A DNA stretch of 32,000 nucleotides from a bacterium (GTDB lineage Bacteria > UBP7 > UBA6624), in the NCBI GenBank assembly GCA_002716355.1, contig PBAU01000005.1:119460-151459 (forward strand). Reading direction: 5' to 3'. This document shows, one piece after another, positions 1-8,881 of the stretch; positions within the stretch are counted from its first letter, which is position 1; each line of letters opens with the position of its first letter. The position numbers and the translations under genes were made by a program. The notes under the pieces were generated by a model that worked only from the letters and a program-made list of their open reading frames with translations, searched no databases and was not told where the DNA came from.

Positions 1-644
1 CCTGAATCTAAACCTTTTCCTAAAAATAATCTAGCAAGACCAATGTAAGAATTATTTATATCATCCTTGCTCTGAAAGGCAAACTCGGGAGGTTCGTTAT
101 ATGCTCCTTTGCAAATTCTTGCTCTTACTCCATTGCCCAAAAGATTATTTAAATCATTATTGGTTCTTTTAAGGTAAGCCTGTAGGCAAATACCTAAATT
201 TAAATCCTGTTTGACTGAATTAAAAACAGACAAAGTATCATCTATTGTTTTGCTATCCTCCATATCAACTGTGATTTTGACTTTTTTATCAAGGCCTTTT
301 TTGTAAACCTTCATTAAATTTTTTTCAAATAAATCTTTGCTTACAGACAAACCTAGCTGTGTTGGCTTCAATCCAACCCAAAGATCCTCTTCATTCTCAC
401 AAGCCTGAATCATTGAAATTATTTCGGATAGAGCTATTTTTGTTTTCTCTTCATCCCCGCTTTCTCCAAGCAAATCCAATATTGCATCAAAGCCGGCCAC
501 TCTCAAATTTTTAGCGGCTTGAATCCCTTGTTCAAGCGTGTCTCCAGCTATAAATCTCTTGATAACCTTTTTTGTTGGAACAAACCCTCTGAAAAAAGAT
601 TCCGCTGATTTTGACTCTGATAAATAAATTAAAAAATTTCTCAA
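1..644 (-). CDS. Proline dehydrogenase (PRODH catalytic domain), N-terminal ~214 codons; the 3' end runs off the window
   Basis: Absent from the ORF track because it is open at the window edge. My reverse-strand translation from TTG 644..642 reads LRNFLIYLSESKS..KRFIAGDTLEQGIQAAKNLRVAGFDAILDLLGE..LKPTQLGL..ITVDMEDS..CLQAYLKRT..RARICKGAYNEPPEFAF. These blocks match the PRODH TIM-barrel signature regions. An in-frame TAA at 650..648 lies directly upstream, so the start is at or near 644; no ATG is available. Confidence 0.8.
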   Translation of the reverse strand, partial: MRNFLIYLSESKSAESFFRGFVPTKKVIKRFIAGDTLEQGIQAAKNLRVAGFDAILDLLGESGDEEKTKIALSEIISMIQACENEEDLWVGLKPTQLGLSVSKDLFEKNLMKVYKKGLDKKVKITVDMEDSKTIDDTLSVFNSVKQDLNLGICLQAYLKRTNNDLNNLLGNGVRARICKGAYNEPPEFAFQSKDDINNSYIGLARLFLGKGLDS

Positions 645-647
645 AAA

Positions 648-1367
648 TTAATCCTCCCAACCAAAAGCAACTTCATAAATTGTTTCGACGGGAAGGTTTC
701 TTGCTTCATCCCTAATCGTGACAGCAAACATTTTCCAATTTTTACTATCATTAGTTTTAATCCAAAAAGACCAATCCAGGGCACTTTCTCTAGGCCCTTG
801 CAAAGACGTTTTTGAAAAATGTTCCAGCCTTAAACCGTAATCATACTTATAACTCCAAACAGTTTCCGATCCAAGATGCCAAACATTCTTGATTTCTGGA
901 TTGTCAACATGGGTTTCATACGAAAAACCCAAACCCCAATAAAAAGGATTGGCAAACAAAAAATCATCAGAAAAACCCCCAGTCCTTGAGGAGAGGCCCC
1001 ATGACATGGAGTCGTCTTCAGCTATAGGAATCCCAATCTTTAAAGACCAATCAGGAGAGCCTATTTTATTTTTTTTTTCATATCCAGATCTGTAAAAAAA
1101 ATTCAATGGCCCTTCTTGAGTATCCCAGCCATCAATTGAATCAACACCTCTCATCCCAAGCAAAAACCCCCAAGAGGCATTGCCGTCAAGATGATAGTGG
1201 GAATTCAAATAAATCATTGATTCAGAGCCTGATTGACCTTTGGGTTCAGAATGCATCAAAGATACCTTTCCTTGGTTCTCTTCTGGGTTAGAGGGAATCC
1301 AATGTGAACCTTTTGCGCTTGGCAATCCTGAGATCAAAACGAACAACAAGCCAACTAAATTAAACAT
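648..1367 (-). CDS. Exported hypothetical protein, possibly an outer-membrane beta-barrel (family not recognised)
   Basis: 239-aa ORF with an N-terminal signal peptide (MFNLVGLLFVLISGLPSAKG). It is rich in Gly, Trp, Tyr and Ser, with short alternating hydrophobic stretches. Its stop codon (648..650) is 3 nt from the PRODH start, which implies co-transcription. Confidence 0.55.
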   Translation of the reverse strand: MFNLVGLLFVLISGLPSAKGSHWIPSNPEENQGKVSLMHSEPKGQSGSESMIYLNSHYHLDGNASWGFLLGMRGVDSIDGWDTQEGPLNFFYRSGYEKKNKIGSPDWSLKIGIPIAEDDSMSWGLSSRTGGFSDDFLFANPFYWGLGFSYETHVDNPEIKNVWHLGSETVWSYKYDYGLRLEHFSKTSLQGPRESALDWSFWIKTNDSKNWKMFAVTIRDEARNLPVETIYEVAFGWED

Positions 1368-1379
1368 AGTCTAATTCTA

Positions 1380-1466
1380 CGGTGGGAGAGGGATTCGAAC
1401 CCCCGAGGCATCAAAATGCCCACACGCTTTCGAGGCGTGCGCTTTAGTCCACTCAGCCATCCCACC
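1380..1466 (-). tRNA. tRNA-Ser (anticodon CGA), long variable arm, no encoded CCA
   Basis: The reverse complement is GGTGGGATGGCTGAGTGGACTAAAGCGCACGCCTCGAAAGCGTGTGGGCATTTTGATGCCTCGGGGGTTCGAATCCCTCTCCCACCG. It has a 7-bp acceptor stem (GGTGGGA/TCCCACC), an anticodon stem CACGC/GCGTG with loop CTCGAAA (anticodon CGA), a variable-arm hairpin GGCAT..ATGCC, and a T-loop TTCGAAT. The 3' flank reads TAG, not CCA. Confidence 0.9.
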
Positions 1467-1530
1467 ATATTTTTAAATTCTAGATTTTTTTTTAGATAAG
1501 GTTTATATCTGATTAATTACAATAACATAT

Positions 1531-2775
1531 ATGCCAAAATACCAAAAACCAAAAGGTACTAGAGATCTTGATGAAAACACAACGTTCAAATTCGAAGTAA
1601 TTAGAAGTTTGTTTTTGGCAATATCTAGATTTTTAGGCTACAGTCATGTTGAAATCCCAATATTTGAAAAAACAAACCTATTTGAACGATCCACAGGTGA
1701 ATCAAGTGAGATTGTCACTAAACAAATGTACAAATTCCAAGACAAGAAAAATAGAGAATTTGCTCTTCGGCCTGAAGGAACCCCTGGCCTAATAAGAGCC
1801 GCAATAGAAAACAATTGGCTTAACAGTCACAATGGTGATAAATTTTCTTATTTTGGACCTTTCTTCAGGTATGAAAGGCCTCAAAAAGGCAGGTATAGAC
1901 AATTTTTTCAATTAGGTGCTGAATCAATTGGATCAAATAACGTTGAATCAGATGCTGAATCAATATATTTGCTTTCATTCCTTTTAAAGGAACTTGAAAT
2001 CAAACATGTAATCAAGCTCAACTCACTAGGCGAACAAGAAGAGAGGCTGCGTTATATTGAATCTTTACAACAATGGCTAACAAACAATAAAACAAAAATC
2101 GCAAAAGAAGACTGCATCAATATAGAAAAAAACCCTTTGAGGATATTGGATAGCAAAAAACCCGCAACCGTGAAAGGCATCAAGGAAGCGCCGAAAATCC
2201 ATGAATTCTGGACTAAGGAAACATCCGATAGGTTCAAAAAATTAACGAACCTGCTTGAAGCTGCAAATGTCAACTATCAAGTTGATGAATTTTTAGTAAG
2301 GGGTCTTGATTATTACACTTCAACAGTATTTGAAGCCTCAGGCCATGATGGTGCTCAAGATGCGTATGGGGGCGGAGGAAGATACAATAATTTAATTTCT
2401 GAACTAGGCGGCAAGAACATCCCTGCAATTGGTTTTGCTTGTGGTGTTGACAGGATTGCATCTGCGTTAAAAATTGACCAAATAAAACCTTTTTGTATCT
2501 TTATTCCACTTGGTGAGAAATGTCGTGAAAAAGCTTTTGGCATCATTTCAAAAATGTGGTCTAACAGCGTTTCAGTAAAACCATATTGGAATGAATCCAA
2601 TTTAGGCAAGGCTCTAAAGAGGGCAAATTCTATTGGGTCAAAGTATGTAATAGTTTTTGGAGAAAAAGAAATGCAAAACAATACACTGCTTATTAAGAAC
2701 ATGAAAAATGGTGACCAAAAAGAGATACCGATAAACATGTCAAGCATAATGTCAGCATTAGGATTGGATGAATGA
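1531..2775 (+). CDS. hisS: Histidine--tRNA ligase
   Basis: 414 aa. The N-terminus KGTRDL..., [30 protein letters not shown] and GGGRYNNL are class II HisRS motifs. A C-terminal anticodon-binding region is present. Confidence 0.93.
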   Translation: MPKYQKPKGTRDLDENTTFKFEVIRSLFLAISRFLGYSHVEIPIFEKTNLFERSTGESSEIVTKQMYKFQDKKNREFALRPEGTPGLIRAAIENNWLNSHNGDKFSYFGPFFRYERPQKGRYRQFFQLGAESIGSNNVESDAESIYLLSFLLKELEIKHVIKLNSLGEQEERLRYIESLQQWLTNNKTKIAKEDCINIEKNPLRILDSKKPATVKGIKEAPKIHEFWTKETSDRFKKLTNLLEAANVNYQVDEFLVRGLDYYTSTVFEASGHDGAQDAYGGGGRYNNLISELGGKNIPAIGFACGVDRIASALKIDQIKPFCIFIPLGEKCREKAFGIISKMWSNSVSVKPYWNESNLGKALKRANSIGSKYVIVFGEKEMQNNTLLIKNMKNGDQKEIPINMSSIMSALGLDE

Positions 2776-4487
2776 AAAAAACATATATATCTGAACTCAA
2801 TCTTGCTAATGTCAACGAAACAGTAATGCTAAAAGGTTGGGTGCATGCAGTAAGAGATTTTGGTGGAAAAACCTTTTTTGACCTTAGGGATTCAACTGGA
2901 TTAATGCAAATTGTTATGGATTCGGAAATAATCAAACTTAAAAAAGAATGGGTAGTTGAAATCATAGGAAAAGTTTCAAAAAGATTGCAGGTAAATGAAA
3001 AAATTAAATCTGGAAATATTGAGATAATTGAAAGCAAGATAACAATACTTAATGAAGCTGAAACACCTCCTATATATGTTGATAAAGACGATGATGAACC
3101 CGATGAAATTAGATATAGATACAGGTATCTTGACCTTAGGAGGCCTCACAGAAACAAGATACTGAAAATTAGACATAAGGTGATTCAAGCAATTCGAGAA
3201 ATCTTAAATTGCGAAGGTTTTACAGAAGTTGAAACACCTCTTTTAACAAGATCTACACCTGAGGGTGCAAGAGATTTCATTGTGCCTAGTAGATTACATA
3301 AAAAAAATTGGTATGCATTGCCTCAGAGCCCACAATTATTCAAACAAATACTAATGGGTAGTGGAATCGATAAATATTATCAAATTGCAAAATGCTTCAG
3401 AGATGAAGATCTTAGGGGCAATCGTCAACCTGAATTCACACAATTAGATTTTGAGATGGCTTTTACTGATGAGGATGAAATATTTTCTATAAGCGAAAAG
3501 GTGTTTGAAAATATCTTTGAAAAAGCACAAGGTGAAAAAATCACAACTCCTTTTTTAAGAATGACGTATGAAGAAGCAATAAAAAATTATGGTATAGATA
3601 AACCAGATACGAGATATGAAGCTCCAATAAAAAATATTTCAGACACTCTCGTAAAAAATGGTATCAATTTTATTGACAGCACAGTTGATGCTGGCGGTGA
3701 AATTCTTGGGATATGTATTGAAAATTTCTTCCCATCCAGGAAAGAAATCTCAAATCTAGAAAAAATTGCACAAAAATTCAATATACCGGGATTGGCATTT
3801 GCAACCAAAAAAGATGGGGTCTGGAATGGTGGAATAACCAAGATGACTAACGATGAAACATTGAATGGAAACATTTCAGTATTTGGAAAAAAAGACAATT
3901 GCACTTTATTGATTATCGCTGATTCAAGCAAGGAAAATCTTTATGGCTACCATGCTTTCGGAGCAATTCACAGACATTTAAGGGATTCTGGAATGCTTAT
4001 CAAAAACAGTGATGGATATGCTTTTTGCTGGGTTACAGATTTTCCTTTATTTGAAAAAACTGATGCTGGTATTGCTGCAGCTCATCACCCATTCACGCTA
4101 CCCTTTAGTGAACATATCGAAAGAATTGATAATGAACCCTTGAAGGTTCTTTCACACGCTTATGACCTTGTGATGAATGGAGAAGAGATTGCAAGTGGTT
4201 CAATAAGATGCCACGATAGAGACTTGCAGCTAAAAATCCTGCAGTCTATAGGTTATTCACAATCTGAAATTGAAGAAAGGTTTGATTTCTTCTTGGAAAT
4301 GATGAAATACGGCTTGCCGCCTCATGGAGGACTGGCTCCCGGGATAGATAGGATTGTGATGATTCTTGCTGGATCATCCAGCATAAGAGATGTTATTGCT
4401 TTTCCGAAATCAACAGGGGGAACATGTTTTCTAACTGGAGCACCAGGAAAAGCTGACCCACAAAGTTTACAGGATCTTGAAATTTGA
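2772..4487 (+). CDS. aspS: Aspartate--tRNA ligase (bacterial type)
   Basis: 571 aa with an OB-fold N-terminus. Motifs include [39 protein letters not shown] and [14 protein letters not shown]. There is an ATGA overlap with the hisS stop. Confidence 0.93.
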   Translation: MKKTYISELNLANVNETVMLKGWVHAVRDFGGKTFFDLRDSTGLMQIVMDSEIIKLKKEWVVEIIGKVSKRLQVNEKIKSGNIEIIESKITILNEAETPPIYVDKDDDEPDEIRYRYRYLDLRRPHRNKILKIRHKVIQAIREILNCEGFTEVETPLLTRSTPEGARDFIVPSRLHKKNWYALPQSPQLFKQILMGSGIDKYYQIAKCFRDEDLRGNRQPEFTQLDFEMAFTDEDEIFSISEKVFENIFEKAQGEKITTPFLRMTYEEAIKNYGIDKPDTRYEAPIKNISDTLVKNGINFIDSTVDAGGEILGICIENFFPSRKEISNLEKIAQKFNIPGLAFATKKDGVWNGGITKMTNDETLNGNISVFGKKDNCTLLIIADSSKENLYGYHAFGAIHRHLRDSGMLIKNSDGYAFCWVTDFPLFEKTDAGIAAAHHPFTLPFSEHIERIDNEPLKVLSHAYDLVMNGEEIASGSIRCHDRDLQLKILQSIGYSQSEIEERFDFFLEMMKYGLPPHGGLAPGIDRIVMILAGSSSIRDVIAFPKSTGGTCFLTGAPGKADPQSLQDLEI

Positions 4488-5437
4488 TGAGCACTATTCC
4501 ATTTTTTGATTTTCACTGTGACTCGTTGACTAAAGGTGGGTATAAAAAATTAATAAAAAACGATACTATGCACTGGTCTTTGCCTAGATTCATTCAAGGT
4601 GGAGGTCAATTGCAAGTTCATGCAATATTCACACCTCCAGAATACAAAAAAGGTGACGCAACGATGTTTGCAATGAAGTACGCATCTGAATGGCAAAAAT
4701 TTCTAGAAGAAACCAATACCACTGGAGTGAGAAGCAAAGAAGATCTTGATGAAGAAGGTCCTTTTTCTATTCTCTCTCTAGAGGATGCCTCTCCTCTTGC
4801 TGGAAATATTGAAGCATTAAACATGTTTTTTGATCTAGGTGTTCGCTTAATAACTCTTGTTTGGTCATGTGATAATGAAGTTGGCAGAGGGGTCATACAT
4901 GGCCAAGGCCCGGCAATAACAAAATTTGGAAAAAATTTAATCAGAAAAATGAATGAAAAGAATGTGATTGTTGACTTGTCCCATGCAAGTGATGAACTTT
5001 TCTGGGAAGCTGTAAAGACATCAAGCAAACCAGTTGTAGCAAGCCATAGCAACTCTAGAAAATTTCGAAACCATCCTAGGAATTTAACTGATGACCAAAT
5101 TAAAGAAATATCAAATTGTGATGGAATAATCGGATTAGTCTATGTGCCAAACTTTGTAGGAGACCCGCCAAAAGGGACTCAGGATGAATGGGATTTTGAA
5201 TTAAAGGGTGGAGCTGAAATGCTAGCTAAACATGCTGCGCATATAGCTGAAATCTCAAAAGTTGAAACTGTTGTCTTAGGGAGTGATTTTGATGGAACTA
5301 ATTCACCTGTTATTGCAGAGGTTTCAAAAACTCAAATAATGGCTGAAGAATTAAAAAAGGTTGGTTTTTCTGATAATGATATAGAAAAAATATTCTATAA
5401 AAATGCGAAAAAATTTCTTTTGAAAAACCTTCCCTAA
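4484..5437 (+). CDS. Membrane dipeptidase family protein (peptidase M19)
   Basis: 317 aa. [16 protein letters not shown] and [22 protein letters not shown] match the M19 (renal dipeptidase-like) metal and active-site blocks. It overlaps the aspS stop by 4 nt. Confidence 0.8.
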   Translation: MMSTIPFFDFHCDSLTKGGYKKLIKNDTMHWSLPRFIQGGGQLQVHAIFTPPEYKKGDATMFAMKYASEWQKFLEETNTTGVRSKEDLDEEGPFSILSLEDASPLAGNIEALNMFFDLGVRLITLVWSCDNEVGRGVIHGQGPAITKFGKNLIRKMNEKNVIVDLSHASDELFWEAVKTSSKPVVASHSNSRKFRNHPRNLTDDQIKEISNCDGIIGLVYVPNFVGDPPKGTQDEWDFELKGGAEMLAKHAAHIAEISKVETVVLGSDFDGTNSPVIAEVSKTQIMAEELKKVGFSDNDIEKIFYKNAKKFLLKNLP

Positions 5438-5752
5438 TCAGCCGCAACGATTACGTATTCCATAACCACCTTTAGGGTAAACCCATAATATATGGTCTGG
5501 ACATAATATCTGGCATGTTCCACATTCGATACAATTTTCAAAATCTATATCTAAACTTCCACTTTCTTGGTTTTTTGTATAAACCTTTGCGGGGCAGGTC
5601 CACTGCAACGGATTAAGAACCTCCCAGTCTTTTGGATCGCCAATACATGTAATATGTGTTTCATGATTGTGATCATAGTTAATGGTGAATAATTTATCCT
5701 CTATGGAAACAGTTTCATTTACTGAATTTTTCTTATCGGGTGAATCTTTCAT
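5438..5752 (-). CDS. fixX: FixX-type ferredoxin-like protein (partner of ETF-quinone oxidoreductase FixC)
   Basis: 104 aa. HITC....CPAKVY....CIECGTCQILCP....WVYPKGGYGIRNRCG is the typical FixX/YdiT layout. It overlaps the fixC stop by 4 nt. Confidence 0.85.
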   Translation of the reverse strand: MKDSPDKKNSVNETVSIEDKLFTINYDHNHETHITCIGDPKDWEVLNPLQWTCPAKVYTKNQESGSLDIDFENCIECGTCQILCPDHILWVYPKGGYGIRNRCG

Positions 5753-7050
5753 TTACCTAAAACCTTCAATAAATTATATAAATCTTTGACGATTTGTGCA
5801 GGGTTTTTCATTTTCAAAACACCTTTAACCATGTTTTTCTTTTTTTTGCCTTTTGGAGTGCCGTCAACAGTCAGTAAACTTTTTGCTGCATAGCTAATCA
5901 ACTGAGGATAATCATTCAATATATCCCTTCTTTTTCTGAAAAAAGGGAAAACATCTTCATAAGATTTTAAATCCTTCAGGATGAAAGAGTCTTCTAATTT
6001 TTTCCTATAAGCATTCAGGAAACCAGATGAAAAATCTTTATTTTTGATTGCTTCTAATGCAACCTCGCCAGCAAGTCTTCCAGAAACAAAAGCAAAATTA
6101 CTACCTTCTCTGTGAACAGCATTAACCATCAATGCTGCATCACCAGTCATTAGAAATCCATCAGCAACTAATGTAGGCAATTTTTTATAGCCACCTTCAG
6201 GTATTAAATGACCTGCATATTCGATTGTTTTACCGCCTTTCAAAAAAGGTTTAATTGATTTGTGATTTTTGACATGCTCTAACAATTCATATGAAGCAAT
6301 TTCATTATTTGCAAAATCAGCAACCAATGAGCCAACTCCAATGCTTACAGTTTTCCTATTCGTGTAAAGAAAAGCGTAACCTAGACAACCTTTTGTGATG
6401 TCACCGAAAATTTCGTATGAAGCACCTTCATTTCCGGAAATCTGAAAGCGATCCTCAATCACATCTTCAGGTAATTCAATTACCTCTTTGACGACTAGCG
6501 CAACCTCATCTGGCTTTGGCTTGCTTCCAAAATTTCTTTTCCATGACACAAAAGCATTAACCCCTTCACCTGAAATAACCAAAGGTGCACGAATTTCTCC
6601 ATTTGGTCTATCTGTAACCACTCCAACAACCTTGCCATCTTCAACAATCAAATCCAAAACTACAGTTGCAGGAAGAAACATGGCTCCATGTTTTTTGGCC
6701 TCTCCAGCCATCCATTTATCAAATTCACTTCTTAAAACAGTGTAAGCATGTGCTGGGGCTTCAGTTTTTGCTTTAAATGCATCATCTGAATAACCTAACT
6801 TTGTCACCGATTGCTTATCTGAAACCCAATAATTTTGTTCTGTAATTGGTCGTTCAATAGGTGCGTTTTTCCAAAAATCAGGAACTATCTCCTCTAGCGA
6901 GGAAGAGTAAATAATTCCGCCCATAAGATTTTTTTCACCGGGAAATTTACCACGTTCTATCTGAAGAACCTTGGCTCCCCCTTTTGCAAGTGTGATTGCA
7001 GCTGCATTGCCTGCAGCACCAGCTCCAATAATTATGACATCAAAATTCAC
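5749..7050 (-). CDS. fixC: FixC-type FAD-dependent oxidoreductase (electron-transfer-flavoprotein:quinone oxidoreductase-like)
   Basis: 433 aa. It has an N-terminal FAD fold (DVIIIGAGAAGNAAAITLAKGGAKVLQIERG), and its length and C-terminal region are typical of FixC/YdiS. The start is GTG at 7050, preceded by AGGTAG. Confidence 0.85.
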   Translation of the reverse strand: MNFDVIIIGAGAAGNAAAITLAKGGAKVLQIERGKFPGEKNLMGGIIYSSSLEEIVPDFWKNAPIERPITEQNYWVSDKQSVTKLGYSDDAFKAKTEAPAHAYTVLRSEFDKWMAGEAKKHGAMFLPATVVLDLIVEDGKVVGVVTDRPNGEIRAPLVISGEGVNAFVSWKRNFGSKPKPDEVALVVKEVIELPEDVIEDRFQISGNEGASYEIFGDITKGCLGYAFLYTNRKTVSIGVGSLVADFANNEIASYELLEHVKNHKSIKPFLKGGKTIEYAGHLIPEGGYKKLPTLVADGFLMTGDAALMVNAVHREGSNFAFVSGRLAGEVALEAIKNKDFSSGFLNAYRKKLEDSFILKDLKSYEDVFPFFRKRRDILNDYPQLISYAAKSLLTVDGTPKGKKKKNMVKGVLKMKNPAQIVKDLYNLLKVLGK

Positions 7051-7067
7051 AAAACTACCTAAAAAGC

Positions 7068-8489
7068 TTAAAGTTCTTTAAGCTCATTAGTCAACTCGAT
7101 GATCATCTGCTTGCCGTCTCCAAAAAGCATTAACGTGTTATCTTTTCCAAATAATTCGTTTTCAATACCAGCATAACCAACACCTCTTCCTCTCTTGTTA
7201 ACTATAACAGTCTTAGATTTCCATACTTCAAGAACAGGCATGCCAGCAATTGGACTATTTGGATCTGTTTGAGCACCTGGGTTAACAACATCATTAGCAC
7301 CTATAACCAAAACAACATCTGTTTCTGGGAATTGTGGATTGATATCATCCATTTCAATCAATTTCTCATAAGGAACATTTGCTTCTGCCAATAAAACATT
7401 CATATGCCCTGGCATCCTTCCTGCAACAGGATGAATAGCGAACTGCACATTAACACCTTTCTTTTCAAGCTCTTCCATTAACTCTCTAACATTATGCTGA
7501 GCTTGTGCAACAGCCATACCGTAACCGGGAACTATAACAACCTTTTCAGCAGCTTCGAAAATCATAGCTGATTCTTCAGAACCTACAGGCTTGTATTGAA
7601 TTTGCTCACCACCTGCAGATGCAGTTCCTCCTTCTTGCCCAAAGCCTCCAAGCATAACTGAAAAGAGGCTTCTGTTCATAGCAACACACATAATATTGGT
7701 CAAGATAAGCCCTGAAGCGCCAACAAGTGCACCACTGACAATTAAAATTGTTCCACCAATATTTCCATCCATTAAAAGAATGAATCCTGCAGCTGAAGCA
7801 GCCATTCCCGAATAAGAGTTTAGCAAAGCAATAACGACAGGCATATCAGCTCCGCCTATAGGTATTGTTATGGCTATCCCTAGTATTAATGTAAGACCAA
7901 TAAAAATGTAAAGATTGGTGGAGTCAACAGGATAAGAACCTGAAGAGGTCATAATGATGAAACCAAGAATCAATACAAAGATAACGGCATTCAAGAAATG
8001 CTGGCCTTTAAATACTATAGGGCTGCCATTCATCCTCCCATCTAACTTTGCAAATGCTATATAACTTCCAGTTAAGGTAACTGCTCCTATCAAAATCGTT
8101 ATAAAAACAACAATCATGCTTCCAGAACCACCTAAATCAACAATAGCGCTTGCTGGATTTGAAAAATTTTGGAAAAAATAACTAACAGCAACTAAAGCAG
8201 AAGCCAAACCACCAAAACCATTAAATAAAGCTACCAATTGAGGCATTCCTGTCATTGCCACTGTCCTGGAAGCATAAATACCTATAGCGGCACCAACAAA
8301 TGCAAAGCCAATCACCTGATCCCAAGTGACAATATCCATATTTACGACAGTTAAAACAACTGCAAAAAACATACCCCATGCCGCTAAGGTGTTACCTTGC
8401 TTTGCAGTTTTTACTCTTCCGAGCTTTTTAATACCCATTACAAAAAATGTAATTGCAATCAGGTAACCAAAATTAATTATGTTATCCAT
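7068..8489 (-). CDS. pntB: NAD(P) transhydrogenase subunit beta
   Basis: 473 aa. It has a polytopic N-terminal half and a C-terminal NADP(H) domain (VIVPGYGMAVAQAQH..., GRMPGHMNVLLAEA, IGANDVVNP). Confidence 0.93.
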   Translation of the reverse strand: MDNIINFGYLIAITFFVMGIKKLGRVKTAKQGNTLAAWGMFFAVVLTVVNMDIVTWDQVIGFAFVGAAIGIYASRTVAMTGMPQLVALFNGFGGLASALVAVSYFFQNFSNPASAIVDLGGSGSMIVVFITILIGAVTLTGSYIAFAKLDGRMNGSPIVFKGQHFLNAVIFVLILGFIIMTSSGSYPVDSTNLYIFIGLTLILGIAITIPIGGADMPVVIALLNSYSGMAASAAGFILLMDGNIGGTILIVSGALVGASGLILTNIMCVAMNRSLFSVMLGGFGQEGGTASAGGEQIQYKPVGSEESAMIFEAAEKVVIVPGYGMAVAQAQHNVRELMEELEKKGVNVQFAIHPVAGRMPGHMNVLLAEANVPYEKLIEMDDINPQFPETDVVLVIGANDVVNPGAQTDPNSPIAGMPVLEVWKSKTVIVNKRGRGVGYAGIENELFGKDNTLMLFGDGKQMIIELTNELKEL

Positions 8490-8881
8490 TATTTGCCCTT
8501 CCTGTTGAACATTTGTAACATTCTGTCAGTAACCATAAAACCACCGACAACATTAATAGTGGCTAACATAACTGCTGACAAAGCTAACCATTTTGCTAAA
8601 TCAGAACCTGGAGGAAGCACCATCGCAAGAAGGGCGCCAACGATTGAAATCCCTGATATTGCATTTGAACCTGACATAAGAGGAGTATGTAATGTTGGAG
8701 GGACCTTGGTGATTAACTCAAAACCAATAAATGAACCAAGAACCAATAAATAAAATCCCAACATCATTGGATTGAGAAGCATAGTATCCCCAGTACTAGC
8801 TGCAACTTCATGTACATGAGATGCAGTTTCACTAATTTCATCTGGGTAAGGAGCCCTTGGGTGTAAAAATAAATTAATCAT
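8489..8881 (-). CDS. pntAB: NAD(P) transhydrogenase subunit alpha, part 2 (membrane part)
   Basis: 130 aa. The TM helices carry the motif TPLMSGSNAISGISIVGAL. There is an ATGA overlap with the pntAA stop and a 1-nt overlap with the pntB start. A split alpha subunit is known from the three-gene pnt arrangement. Confidence 0.88.
   Translation of the reverse strand: MINLFLHPRAPYPDEISETASHVHEVAASTGDTMLLNPMMLGFYLLVLGSFIGFELITKVPPTLHTPLMSGSNAISGISIVGALLAMVLPPGSDLAKWLALSAVMLATINVVGGFMVTDRMLQMFNRKGK

Noticed and set aside
1380-1466. tRNA-Ser as an integration hotspot or genomic island boundary.
   Set aside because: There is no integrase, no repeat of the tRNA 3' end that I could find, and both flanks are housekeeping genes with similar composition.
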